The translations under genes were made by a program, and so were the position numbers. This document shows positions 36,291 to 49,782 of a stretch of DNA of 64,000 nt, piece after piece. The stretch covers positions 18,478,001 to 18,542,000 of the forward strand of contig NC_086097.1 of the NCBI RefSeq assembly GCF_963921235.1, in the 5' to 3' direction. The notes under the pieces are model-generated. The model saw only the letters and a list, made by a program, of their open reading frames with translations, had not been told where the DNA came from and searched no databases. How positions within the stretch are numbered: the stretch's first letter is position 1; each line of letters opens with the position of its first letter. This DNA comes from Mobula hypostoma (taxonomy: Eukaryota).

Positions 36291-37932
36291 TTGTACAATC
36301 TCATGCAATGTTCCAATAAATTGATCTGTATGAGCCATGTGTCAGACAAACTGTACACTGTACCTGGGCACATGTGATGACATTAGACCATTTTCAATTC
36401 CAGTTCACAGGTGCAGTGAAAAAGCTCACTTGTAGCAGCATCGAAGGCATATACGTAGAATCAGAGTCACAATGTGCACCAGGAAACTATAAATCAAACA
36501 TAAATTATGCAAGAAGGAATGCAATTAGTAAATCTGTTCTGCACTGTCACCTGTGCAAAGATAGCTTGTACACTGTATTTCCAGGTGGCCTGTGAAGTTG
36601 AGTCAAAACTCTGTGATTATACTCTATAGTTATTGCCAACATTTAATTTGCCTTTCTAATTATAGGCTGCACCACCAGGAACACTCTGAAAAGCATCTGC
36701 TCTATGTAATTAAAAGTGTCACAATTAGTTAATGGATTTTGTTTATACCTTCACGGGATATTGAAACAGATCGATCAAGTTCACTAGTGCATATATTTTA
36801 AAAATCGAATAACGGTGCGGTGGGCTTGATTGGCAGCCGTGTCTCAAACAGCTGAGACTGAATAAGCTCGGCAACTAGCTATCGTCCTCTGGGCGGCTGT
36901 GCGACTGGAAGTTTTGAGTGCTGACTGCTAATGTCTGCATCATTCTTCTGCCCGAAGGCAGGACAGGAACCGCGGCAGAGGGTCATCATGTAAATAAGTG
37001 TCTCTTTTCTAGGTTCTGTTAGATGTTAAGAAATACCTCAGGAAAAAAAATGAATCATCCTGTTTATATTTTGTGAGCAATAGCGAGGCCTGAAAATTCT
37101 GATAAATGACAGGCGCTTATTGAATTCTGTTCATTTATTGGGTCTATGTGAAGTAAACTATCTGTTGATTGATAGCTTGAGTCCATGACAGAGTCTGTAA
37201 TCTGTCACTCTATTAGACACTAGGAAAATGCCCGGCTGCACAAAGTCAATTCTACTAAGCCTATATACACTGGCAAGGGCTGCTTATTCAACCATTGGAA
37301 TCGTGCTTTAAATTGCCTCAATCATGGAGGCTATTCAGGATTATAACAACCTTCCACACGGTGACACTTAACACAAAGGATAATTCTACATAAAACTCAA
37401 AAATGTGACTCTCAGCTTTCCCCCACTCAAAAAGAAAAAGCTGAGAGATTACAATTTCAGAACGAGCACTCAGTTTTTGAATGGGCAACAGCTTTTTCAG
37501 GGCCATGTCATACTGACTGCAGCTAATGATACTAAGGGGAGCCATTTGTGTTCGGCTGCACGAGGATAAGGATAACCTGCGTTGGTACCAATCTGCTGTA
37601 TGTCTGAGGCATGCCGAGAGACAGACCACAGCGCATGAATCACTTAACATTATGCTGAGGAATCCGCCTCCCTAATCTTCCACTGACAGATTCAGCACCG
37701 AAACTGTGGCACCACTGGCTTGAACAGGGAGTAGATAAGGGAATTTAGAGAAGGTAAATTCAGGCAGAGAAGGTAAATTCAGTCGCTTGCGAACGGTCAC
37801 AAAATAAAATATATGGGGGATGTTGTAAATCTGAGAAAATGCCGCAAACTCTCAGCAGATCAGATATTGATTACTTTGTTTTATTAATTTTAATGTTTGG
37901 ATTTATTTTCTAATATTTCAAGCCTGAGATAT

Positions 37933-38263
37933 ACACACAGAGGTGCCTTTATTATGTACTTCCTGCACCTAATAAAGTGGCACTGAGAGAATATTCAAGG
38001 TCTTCTGCTGCTGTAGCCTATCCACTTCAAGGTTTGATATGTTGTGCATTCAGAGATGCTCTTCCGTACACCACTGTTGTAACACATGACCATTTGAGTC
38101 CTATCAGTTTGAACCAGTGTGGCCATTCCCCTCTGACCTCTATCATTAAGAAGGTGTTTTCACCAACAGAACTGCAGCTTACTGTTTTTTATTTGCTTTT
38201 CACTCCATTCTCAGTTTCAGCAGTTTCTGAAATACTCAAATCACCCTGTCTGGCGCCAACAAC
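37933..38263 (-). mobile_element. Truncated copy of the Tc1 element at 24273-24828
   Basis: Shares CCTAATAAAGTGGCACTGAG and GGTCTTCTGCTGCTGTAGCC blocks. Confidence 0.85.
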
Positions 38264-38861
38264 ACAAGCCACAATACTCCCAATGACTCCAATGGAATTC
38301 ACTGTAAGAGTATAGAAACAGCACAGGAACAAGATACCTAAGAAAGTGGCGATTGACAGTACGTTGACGGGTATAGGAGCAAGCTGAAACGTCACATGGA
38401 GTTGGTTTTCGAATAGCGGGAGATTTATTAAAAACAGGTGCTCACCGAGAGATTGGCCAAAGCTGATCTACCTGAGCAGTAATTTGGTACCTTTTGTAGT
38501 TTCTCAGTTAACGTGAAACCAGAAAAACTACACTTTGATAACAGAATGGTGGTTACAGGAAGATGTAATTAAATAACTGACTAGGTCCTGATTGCACAAT
38601 AAAATGATTATTGCCAGGTCTAGCAGTGAATCCAATTTTCTATTACAATATGGGTGCCTGCTGTAACATAAGTAATTAGTGAAATTCCTGAAACCTGGGT
38701 GTCATCACTGATACATTCCATGCCTCTACTTATGTCTGCAGTTCCCAGATACCACATTAGCACAATCCACGTCTCTACTTTACTAATTGTTAGCCCTCAC
38801 AGTTCTTTCCCCTTCTTTCCCTAGGCCCTTGGCCAATAAGGCCAAAGGATTAGATCCCCAA

Positions 38862-39289
38862 CAGTACTCTTGTTTGGCATGCAGAAGTGTTAGGCACATA
38901 TATATAGCTAGGGTGCCTAAGACTTTTGCACAGTACTGAATTTGTCAACGTGGAGCAGAGAGCGAGCTTGTAAATCTGGTGGGATGTTTGAAATGGCAAG
39001 TGTGGAGCACCACAGGAGGGTTGTTGGGCAGGTGACAGAGAGGGGCGGAGGATGGCGCAGGTGTAAACATACCCATCCCTGAGACACCAGGCACCATCAT
39101 TCGTTTCCAATCAATTGGTTTATTGATCATTACAGAATGTCTCTGGTGCTTCCCGCTCCCTCCTTTCTGCCTTCCCCTTTTCCCAACCATGATTCCCCTC
39201 TCCCTGCCTCCTTCCCACTCTCAGTCCACAACAGAGACCCATATCAGAATCAGGTTTATCACACTCATCAGTACTTTGGCACAGTGCTG
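38862..39289. mobile_element. Tc1/mariner-type non-autonomous element with terminal mini-palindrome
   Basis: CAGTACT...TTAGGCAC / GTGCCTAAGACTTTTGCACAGTACTG at 38862-38938 and a further GCACAGTGCTG-TA end at 39289; related remnant at ~6598-6633. Confidence 0.6.
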
Positions 39290-39407
39290 TAAATGACTAT
39301 TCCCTTTACATGAATGCTTCAACTGCACACTTAGTTAATAAAAGTCCTTAAAATAATCAGCTGTACAACACCAATGAAAGTTCAATCCAGGGATGGATTT
39401 GTACATT

Positions 39408-40085
39408 CAGAAGCAGAATCAGATTTATTATCACCGGCATGTGTCATGAAATTTGTTGACTTAGCAGCAGCAAATCAATGCAATACATAATATAGAAGAT
39501 AAATAAACAAACAAACCAATAAATAGATTACAGTATTTGCATATTGAATAGATTAAAAACTGTACTAAAACAGAAATAATATATATATTAAAAAAGTGAT
39601 GTAGTGTTCAAGGGTTCAATGTCCATTTAGGAATCGGATGGCAGAGGGGAAGGAGCTGTTCCTGAATCGCTGAGTGTGTGCCTTCAGGCTTCTGTACCTC
39701 CTACCTGATGGTAACAGTGAGAAAAGGGCATGCCCTGGGTGCTGGAGGTCCTTAATAATGGACACTGCCTTTCTGAGACACTACTCCTTGAAGATGTCCT
39801 GGGTACTTTGTAGGCTAGTACCCAAGATGGAGCCGACTAAATTTACAAACATCTGTAGCTTCTTTCAGTCCTGTGCAGTAGCCCCTCCATACCAGACAGT
39901 GATGCAGCTTGTGAGAATGCTCTCCAGGGTACATCTATATAAGTTTTTGAGTGCATTTGTTGACGTGCCAAATCTCTTCAAACTCCTAATGAAATATCGC
40001 CACTGTCTTGCCTCCTTTATAGCTGAATCAATATGTTGGGACCAGGTTAGGTCCTCAGAGATCTTGACACCCAGGAACAGAAACT
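39408..40085 (-). mobile_element. Rex1/Babar-type LINE 3' end
   Basis: ORF 39865-40107 FLGVKISEDLTWSQHID..ESILTSCITVWYG; homologous to 10100-10810. Confidence 0.92.
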
Positions 40086-40122
40086 GAACTTGAAACCCCA
40101 ATTCCAAATACTGTCCCTAGAG

Positions 40123-40202
40123 CAGGGGTTCCCAACCTGGGGGCCATGGACCCCTCAGTTAATGGCATGGGTCTATGGCATAAAAAAGGTTGGGAATCGC
40201 TG
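40123..40202. mobile_element. 80-bp hAT (Charlie/MER5-like) MITE
   Basis: CAGGGGTTCCCAACCT...AGGTTGGGAATCGCTG; flanks CCCTAGAG/CTCTCGAG (6/8). Confidence 0.8.
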
Positions 40203-42639
40203 CTCTCGAGCCACTTTGAGACTATTATAATGATGTATTATCCCTTTCGACAATGCATCCCATTTGTTATTGACTTTCTTCCTCTCACCCACCTCCAGAT
40301 TATCTTTTTGGACTCAGCCGAAATGGCTGGTAGATCTGTGGCTACATACATGTGCAATCCCTTGTCAGTGTCACTACCATAAATAGGAAGCTCCAGCTCC
40401 AACTCCAGCGTCCCTTCTAAGGTGGGATCTGCTCCACAATAATTAATTCAGTAGCAATATCACTGGTTGCCACATTATAGCTAGCCAGATTGTATTATAA
40501 CTGCTCCTTGTGATATGTTCTTACTGATATTGTGATGTAGGAGGTGTTGTTCACCAAAGTATGTCTCAGGAAGGTTTCGTTATCAACAGGCAATATGGAC
40601 AGGGACCAGTTGTTATATGTAGCAAAACCACATTGAGTCAGGTGTCTTCATGCAATCTCCTCTGGACATACCCAGTGATTCTCTATTCAGTGACATTTCA
40701 TCAAGTTCACCCCCTGCCCCCTTGGTCTTGTGTAACTCAATTACACAGACCAGAGAATCTCTCAGAGATATCCAAGTCCCTTCATGATATTTTCCAACAT
40801 TAGGCACTCTCATATGAGGGTACGTCTGATTGTCATCGTGTTGGGGAATGGGGAGAACTGTTACAGCATACTCTGGACTTCTCACTTTTTGTAGTCTCTC
40901 AGACCATGATTAGTCAGAGTGTGATCACAAATGCGGCCCACCGGGGAGCCTTCACCCACCCATTCTTTCAGCTGTTTGTCTGATATTCAATCCAGTCCAG
41001 GACTCTGTTGCCTTTTAAATGTAAAATGTTTGCCCCAGCAACAAATAAAAGCCAAGTAGTATACTGGATGTTGTGTAGGCTGCATTTTTATCACAGTGTT
41101 AGGTGTCATTGTTCACTCTATCGATAACCTCGTTAGTTATATCCTTTAATGACCACACTAACTGGATAGTTTCCAACTCCACTTCTGCCCCCTGCTCTCC
41201 TATTCTACTAGCCTCTCTTAGGTCACCATAACTTTGTGTTTTGATCCCCTTCAACTTCTGCTGAAGGGAACTGATTTGTGCATCTATATTTGCTATTTTT
41301 AAACTATTGATTGGGGACAGAACTGCTGAATATCCTGCTCCTTACAACTCTAAAGTCAGAAAGTAGTCAGGTTCAAAACTACACCCTCAAAATGCTGGTG
41401 GAACTCAGCAAGTCAGGTAGCATCTATGGAAATGAATAAAAAAAGTCAATTTTGAAGGGTCTTGGCCTGAATTCATTTCTTTAGATGCAGCCTGATCAGC
41501 TGAGATCCTCCAGCATTCTGAGTGTGTTGCTCTGGATTTCCAGCATTCGCGGAATCTCTTGTATTCAAGTTCGAAGCCACATGCACGTGCCTGCAGCCTG
41601 GTAGTCGAGTAACCCTTTCGCCCATATTCTATTTCCAACTCTATCCCCCAGTGTCCTCTGGACCTCACTATGCGGTTGTGCACAGGTGGTAACAGGGGTC
41701 CCACAGAGATCGATTCCCAAACAGAGCAGCCCTCTCACAATACTGGACAAGTTCGATTGCCACTCTTAAATGTGAAAAGTTTGTTGGTTACATGTCTCAG
41801 CATGATGAACATTAAAATGGAGCCCTTCTCTTGCAATACCCACTTCCCACATATGCCCTGTGAGTGTCATGCAGTTTTCAAAATGTCCTTTCAGAGCATC
41901 ACTTACCATCACATTCCCTGTGTAAAACCGCACACCATTGATACACTTTTCTTTATTATTCTCTCAACCTAGTCTGCATGTTGTTTGCTATTGAGAGAGA
42001 GCTCAAAAGGGTGACACATCCAATTATCCAAATTCTTCGGTGAGTAGTCTCTGGTTCCATGGTTATTGTTCCTGTCTGCATGGTTACATCATTTCTGCCC
42101 AAGCTATCTTTCCAGGTGCTACCAGTGTTTCCTTCTTGGGCCTTTCCTTAGACTCCACCAGGAGACATGTCTCTCCAGTCAAGATTACCATAGATGGTCA
42201 AGTTAGTCCAGGTTGTGGTCCCAGTTTAAACCATAAGACATATGAGCAGAGTAAGGCTATTTCACCCCTTGAATCTGCTCTGCCTTTTCATCACGGCTGA
42301 TCCATTTCCCTCTTGAGTAAGACCATAAAACGTAGGTACAGAATTAGATCATTTGGCCTAAATCTGGTACAGCCTTAATCACAATCTTACCTCCTGTTTC
42401 TGGCTGATTCCCCTTCACTAGGGCATCTTCATACTTCCAGCCTTCACTCTCTACCAAGGGCTTCCCCTTTTAGGTCATACACACAAGTGGCTCTCTCCCG
42501 TACAAATGGATAAGACAGTCCTTACCACTGCAGCTTTTCAGTCCTCCGTAATCACATACTCCATTATTTGCCAAGCTCATCCTGTCATTAATTCGAAAGG
42601 ACTGAATTCTTGCCCATGAGCAGGGTTCACCCAGAGTTT

Positions 42640-42865
42640 CATCAGCACCACTTTTTTCATATACAGTATTACTGCTTTTGCACGTTTTTAATAATCTATT
42701 CAATATATGTAATTGATTTACTTGTCTATTATTGTTTTATTTTATCTATTATTTTTTCTCTCTCTGCTAGATTGTGTATCGCATTGAACTGCTGCTGCTA
42801 AGTTAACAAATTTCACATCACATGCCGGTGATAATAAACCTGATTCGGATTCTGATTCTGATTCT
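42640..42865 (+). mobile_element. Rex1/Babar 3'UTR fragment
   Basis: GAACTGCTGCTGCTAAGTTAACAAATTTCAC and (TCTGAT)n tail. Confidence 0.85.
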
Positions 42866-45800
42866 AGTGAGACCCTAGACCAACTTTCCCCAGTCTCTAT
42901 TATGGCGTGAATCTTTCTCTCAATCATACCAGAACTCTGAGGTCAGTATGGAATGTAAAATTTCTGCTTGACCCCAGGAACATGCAAACCCTCCTGATTA
43001 CCTTTCCAGTAAACTACTGTATATTCTCTGATCCAAATCAGGGCTGGCCAGTATTCCGCATGTGGATATTACCTCCTCAGCTGGCACACAGACTACCTCC
43101 TCAGCAAAGCAATTCCAACAGGGAACACTTTCCCCCTCTTGCTGAGCCTATCAATGATTATGAAGCTCGTAGACTGAGTAATGGCCCTGTGAAGTCTGTC
43201 TGAAGTTGCTCCCAATGGGCCTTTAGGCCATGGCTGATATTCTGGTTGGATTTTAACAGTCACATATGATACAGTCAGCAGAACTTAGCAATATCCCTCC
43301 CCATCCCCTGCCTTATCTTGAATTTCTAGCTGGGTCATTTTTTGTCCTGTCCTCTGTGAGCTAAACCATAATAGGAATTTAACAATGTATGTCTGACGCA
43401 CTTGGAGAAACCAAGTGTTCACTTTCTCACCACATCCCATCTTCTTTTTTAACACTGCTCCAGACTGTTCCTAAATCTGTTTTTCCACTGACGACAACCG
43501 CTTTTGTATTACGTTTAAATCTTTCTCCTTCCCGTCCCTGACCGTCGCTACCCACGATTCCTCCACAAGGCAGATGCAATGTTGGTATTTCTTTCAAGGG
43601 GAACAGAATAGAAAAGCAAGGATGTAATACCAAGGTTTCACAAGACACTAGTCAGACTGCACTTGGGGTATTGTCAACAGCTTTGGGCCCCGTATCTCCA
43701 AAAGGATGTGTTGTCATTGGAGAGAGTCCAGAGGAGGTACACGAGGATGATTCTGGGATGAAGGGATTAATATACATCGAAACATAGAAAACCTACAGCA
43801 CAATACAGGCCCTTCAGCCCATAAAGTTGTGCCGAAAATGTCCCTACCTTAGAAATTACTAGGTTTACCCATAGCCATCTATTTTTCTAAGCTCCATGTA
43901 CCTATCCAAAAGCCTCTTAAAAGACCCTATCGTATCCACCTCCACCACCATTGCCAGCAGCCTATTCCAATTCCACACACTCACCACTCTCTGCGTAAAA
44001 ACTTACCCGACATTTCCTCTGTACCTACTCCCAAGCACCTTAAACCTGTGCCCTCTTGTGTCAGCCATTTCCGCCCTGGGAAAAAGCCTCTGACTGTCTT
44101 CTCATCAATGATCAAGGGCTCTCATCATCTTATATTCCTCTATCAGGTCACCTCTCATCTTCCGTCGGTCCAAGGAGAAACGGCCAAGTTCACTTAACCT
44201 ATTTTCATAAGGCATGCTCCTCAATCCGGGCAACATCCTTGTAAATCTCCTCTGCATCCTTTCCACATCCTTCCTGTAGTGAGGCGACCAGAACTGAGCT
44301 CAGTACTCCAAGTGGCATCTGACCAGGGTCCAAAACAGCTGAAACATTACCTCTCAGCTCCTAAACTCAATCCCATGATTGATGAAGGCCAATACACAGT
44401 ATGCCTTCTTAACCACCCAGTCAACCTGCTCAGCAGCTTTGAGTGTCCAATGGACTTGGACCCCAAGATCCCCCTGATCCTCCACTCTGCCAAGATTTTT
44501 ACCTTTAATGCTATATTCTGCCATCTTATTTGACCTACCAAATGAACCACCTCACGCTTATCTGGGTTGAACTCCATCTGCCACTTCTCAGCCCAGGTTT
44601 GCATTCTATCAATGTCCCGCTGTAACCTCCGACAGCCCTCCACACTATTCACAACACCACCAATCTTTGTGTCATCAGCAAATTTACTAACCCATCCCTC
44701 CACTTCCTCATCCAGGTCATTTATAAAAATCACAAAGAGTAGGGTTCCAGAACAGATCCCTGAGGCACACCACTGGTCACCGACCTCCATGCAAAATATG
44801 ACCTGTCTATAACCACTCTTTGCCTTCTGCGGGCAAGCCAATCCTGGATCCACAAAGCAAGGTCCCCTTGGATCCCATGCCTCCTTACTTTCTCAATAAG
44901 CCTTGCATGCTGAAATCCGTATATACCACATCTACTGCTCTACCTTCATCACATCCTCAAAAAATTCAATCAGGCTTGTAAGGCACAACTTGCCTTTGAC
45001 AAAGCCATGCTGACTAATCCTGATCATATTATGCCTCCCCAAATGTTCATAAATCCTGCCTCTCAGGATCTTTTCCATCAACTTACCAACCACTGAGGTA
45101 AGACTCACTGGTCTATAATTTCCTGAGCTATCTCTACTCCTTTGCTTGAATAAGGGAACAACATCTGCAACCTTCCAATCCTCCGGAACCTCTCCTGACC
45201 CCATTGATGATGCAAAGATCATCGCCAGAGGCTCAGCAATCTCCTCCCTCGCCTCCCACAGTAGCCTGGGGTGCATCTCGTCTGGTCCCGGAGACTTATC
45301 CAAATTGATGCTTTCCAAAAGCTCCAGCACATCCTCTTCATAGAAAATAGGTGCAGGAGTAGGCCATTCAGCCCTTCGAGCCTGCACCGCCATTTATTAT
45401 GATCATGGCTGATCATCCAACTCAGAACCCCGCCCCAGCCTTCCCTTCCTTAATGTCTATATGTTCAAGCTTTTCAATCCACTGTAAATCATCCCTAAAA
45501 TCACCAAGATCCTTTTCTGTAGTGAATACTGAAGCAAAGTATTCATTAAGTGCTTCTGCTATCTCCTCCAGTTCCATACACACTTTTCCATTGTCACACT
45601 TGATTGGTCCTATTCTCTCACGTGTTATCCTCTTGCTCTTCACATACTTGTAGAATGTCTTGGGGTTTTCTTCAATCCTGCTCGGCAAGGCCTTCTCATG
45701 GCCCCTCCTGGCTCGCCTAATTTTATTCTTAAGCTCCTTCCTGCTAGCTTTATAGTCTTCTAGATCTTTATCATTACCTAGTTTTTTTGAACCTTTCGTA

Positions 45801-46322
45801 AGCTTTTCTTTTCTTCTTGACTAGATTTACAGCAGCCTTTGTACACCACGGTTGCTATACCCTACCAACCTTCCACTGTCTCATTGGAAAGTACCTATGC
45901 AGAATGCCACGCAAATATCCACTGAACATTTGCCACATTTCTGCCATACATTTCCCTGAGAACATCTATTCCCAATATATGCTTCCAAGTTCCTGCCTGA
46001 TAGCATTATATGTCCCCTTACTCCAATTAAATGTTTTCCTAACTCATGTTCCTGTCCCTCTCCAATGTTATAGTAAAGGAGATAGAATTGTGATCACTAT
46101 CTCCAAAATGTTCTCCCACTGAGAGACCTGACGCCTGACCAGGTTCATTTCCGAATACCAGATCAAGTACAACCTCTCCTCTTGTAGGCTTATCTACATA
46201 TTGTGTCAGGAAACCTTCCTGAACACACCTAACAAACTCCACCCCATCTAAACCCCTTGCTCTAGGGAGATGCCAATCAATATTTGGGAAATTGAAATCT
46301 CCCATCATGACAACCCTTTATT

Positions 46323-47976
46323 TATCACAATGGCGGGGCCATAGGGAGCAAGGGTGGACCCAAGTGCAAGACACATCTTGTGAGGTTAATTAAATTTAGT
46401 TTATTGTTCGATATCAGGAGAAATAGGCAGGAGCAGGAGTAGAGAACTGGACAAGGACTGAGGACTACGACCAGGCTGGAACCAAGGGTCTGGGCTAGGA
46501 CTCGGAATCAGCTCCCAGAACTAGAGGAGACATGAAGAGGCTACGGTATGGACTCCGAGCCAGAGACTAGGCAAGGACCCAGTACCTGGGTCTTGCCTTG
46601 GGCTCAGACCCCAGAACCAGGCATGGACATGACATGGGCTAGGGAAAGGAGGAACATGGGAACACAGAGCCTCGGTCTCGGGAGAGCAGGTACACGGAAC
46701 CATGGACACATACACAGAACACAGAGTCGGGCCCCTTCCTTGGGTACAGGACATAAGGCCGGGACTCACACACAGAACAGAGAGCCAGGACCCCTCCTTG
46801 GGTACAGGACATAAGGCCAGGACTCATGACCCTCCACGGGGCAATGGCAAGACGGCCTGACTTACCCCACGGAGGCGAGGACCAGACAAGACAAGACCAA
46901 CACGAATGAACACCAGACAGTACCTATCTAGTTCCGGCGATGGAACTAGACCGAAGTGCAGGCGGGGGCTGCAGACGAGGGCTAGAGGCGAGAGGGGTAG
47001 AGAAGGGATTCAGACAAGGGGGTAGGACAGGAATCACAGACCGCCAGGGCCAGGACTTGACTCAGAACTGGAAAGCCGCCAGTGCAAGGACTTGACTTGG
47101 TGCTTGAATGCCGCCAGGGACAGGACCTGACTTGGTGCTAGAATGCCGTCAGGGCCAGGACTTGACTTGGTGCTTGAATATCGCCAGGGCCAGGACTTGA
47201 CTTGGTGCTTAAATGCCGTCAGGGCCAGGACTTGACTTGGTGCTTGAATGCCGCCAGGGCCAGGACTTGACTTGGTGCTAGAATGCCGTCAGGGCCAGGA
47301 CTTGACTTGGTGCTAGAATACCGCCAGGGCCAGGACCTGACTTGGTGCTTGAATGCCGCCAGGGCCAGGACTTGACTTGGTGCTAGAATACCACCAGGAC
47401 CAGGACTTGACTTGGTGCTAGAATACCACCAGAGCCAGGACTTGACTTGGTGCTAGAATGCCGTCAGGGCCAGGACTTGACTTGGTGCTAGAATACCACC
47501 AGGGCCAGGACTTGACTTGGTGCTTGAATACCGCCAGGGCCAGGACTTGACTTGGTGCCCCCGGGTAGTGGTAAGCTCCTGACCTGACCCGACCCGGGAA
47601 CAGTAGACAGCGGTTCTTGATTCCCTCCGGCGGGTTAACTGATGGACCCACCTCAGTGAGGAAACTTTGCAGGCTCGCTTTGGCGAGGTAACTGGACAGG
47701 TTTGCTCCGGTGAGGAGAGGCGAATTACCGGCACTCGCTTCGGCAGAGACTAGGCTTGCTCCGGCCAGATGATATCGGCACACTGTACCTTGGATGACTT
47801 TGCAGACGCTCCCGCGCCAAACGGCTGAAAACCGGAGACTATAAACTACCGGTTCAGCTGAGAATTAATTGCCTCTAATCACCAAAATCGAGGGACAAGG
47901 GAAAACAGGGAATCAACGGTCCGGATCGTAACATAAACAAGGTAAATTTAAAGGGACCCCGATCCGGACCATGGCA
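46323..47976 (-). mobile_element. Large solo LTR (Ty3/Gypsy-like), 1654 bp
   Basis: Minus strand TGCCATGG...TTGTGATA termini; 5-bp TSD TTATT at 46318-46322 and 47977-47981; AATAAA then TGCACTTGGGTCC near the 3' end; splits the CR1 APE region cleanly. Confidence 0.82.
47041..47558. repeat. 35-bp minisatellite, ~15 copies
   Basis: Unit GCCAGGGCCAGGACTTGACTTGGTGCT(T/A)GAAT(G/A)CC; head-to-tail, no spacers. Confidence 0.95.
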
Positions 47977-48555
47977 TTATTATTATACTTTCCAGAATCT
48001 GTCTCCCTACCTGCTCTTCAATATCCCTGTTACTATTAGGTAGTCTATAAAAAGCACCCAGTAGAGTTATTGACCCCTTCCTGTTCCTAACTTCCACCCA
48101 CAGATTCTCGGTAGACAATCCCTCCATAACTTCCTCCTTTTCTGCAGATGTGACACTATCTCTGCTCAACAGTGCCACGCCCCCACCTCTTTTGCCTTTC
48201 TCCCTGTCCTTTCTGAAACATCTAAAGCTTGGCAACCTAAGTAACCATTCCTACCCCTGAGCCATCCAAGTCTCTGTAATGGCCACAACATCATAGCTCC
48301 AAGTACTGATCCACGCTCTAAGCTCATCTGCTTTGTTCATGATGCTTCTTGTGTTAAAATAGACACATCTCAAGTGGACATATTGGTCTGAGCGTATCCC
48401 TTCTCTATCACCTGCCTATCTTCTGTCTCACACTGTCTCCAAGCCTTCTCTATTTGTGAGCCAACCACCCCTTCCACCGTCTCTTCATTTCGGTTCCCAG
48501 CCCCCAGAAATTCTAGTTTAAACTCTCCTCAGTAGCCTTAGCAAACCTCCCTGCT

Positions 48556-49438
48556 AGGTGACTTGGATAGGTTAGGTGAATGGGCAAATTCATGGCAGAT
48601 GCAATGTAATGTGGATAAATGTGAGGTTATCCACTTTGGTGGCAAAAACAAGAAAACAGATCATTATCTGAATGGTGGCTGATTAGGAAAAGGGGAGGTG
48701 CAACGAGACCTGGGTGTCATTATACACCAGTCATTGAAAGTGGGCATGCAGGTACAGCAGGCGGTGAAAAAGGCGAACGGTATGCTGGCATTTATAGCGA
48801 GAGGATTCGAGTACAGGAGCAGGGAGGTACTACTGCAGTTGTACAAGGCCTTGGTGAGACCACGCCTGGAGTATTGTGCGCAGTTTTGGTCCCCTAATCT
48901 GTGGAAAGACATCCTTGCCATAGAGGGAGTACAAAGAAGGTTCACCAGATTGATTCCTGGGATGGCAGGACTTTCATATGATGAAAGACTGGATCAACTA
49001 GGCTTATACTCGTTGGAATTTAGAAGATTGAGGGGGGATCTTATTGAAACGTATAAAATCCTAAAGGGACTGGACAGGCTAGATGCAGGAAGATTGTTCC
49101 CGATGTTGGGGAAGTCCAGAACGAGGGGTCACAGTTTGAGGGTAAAAGGGAAGCCTTTTAGGACTGAGATTAGGAAAAACTTTTTCACACAGAGAGTGGT
49201 GAATCTGTGGAATTCTCTGCCACAGGAAACAGTTGAGGCCAGTTCACTGGCTATATTTAAGAGGGAGTTAGATATGGCCCTTGTGGCTAAAGGGATCAGG
49301 GGGTATGGAGGGAAGGCTGGTACAGGGTTCTGAGTTGGATGATCAGCCATGATCATACTGAATGGCGGTGCAGGCTCGAAGGGCCGAATGGCCTACTCCT
49401 GCACCTATTTTTTATGTTTCTATGTTTCTATGTTTCTA
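48556..49438 (+). mobile_element. Young CR1 3' fragment inserted antisense into the older CR1
   Basis: ORF 48698-49333 intact (RDLGV..LEYCAQFWSP..NFFTQRVVNLWNSLP); (TTTCTATG)n tail. Confidence 0.93.
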
Positions 49439-49782
49439 TATTGGTCCCTTTCGGATTCAAGTGCAATCTGTCCTTTTTATACAGGTCATGCCTGTCCTAA
49501 AAGAGGTCCCAATGATCCAGATATCTGAATCCCTGTCCCCTGTTCCAATCCCTCAGCCACGCATTTATCCTCCACCTCACTCTGTTCCTATACTCACCGA
49601 CACGTGTCCCTAGAATATGATGCAGATTGGGAGAATTCGGCTGATGCAACTGGTGAATACGGAATGTGTAATAAAGACTCACAATCATAATGTCAGCAGG
49701 CTGGAGCCACTGGATGAGCATAGAGGGGCTTGAATCTTATGAGTCAGACCATGTACTGCATGCCAAAATTCCTAGCAGGCTC

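Larger units (their letters stand above)
43778..49600 (-). mobile_element. Long degenerate CR1 LINE (ORF1 3' part, APE, RT, 3'UTR) carrying three nested insertions
   Basis: ORFs 44347-44853 (KFADDTK), 44932-45393, 45422-45688, 46039-46308 (MGDFNFPNIDW..GDSDHN), 47948-48235; nested CR1 tail 45340-45443, solo LTR 46323-47976, CR1 48556-49438. Confidence 0.93.

Noticed and set aside
47041..47558. 35-bp repeat array superficially CRISPR-like
   Set aside because: Units are head-to-tail with no unique spacers, there are no cas genes, and the context is eukaryotic; it is a minisatellite inside an LTR
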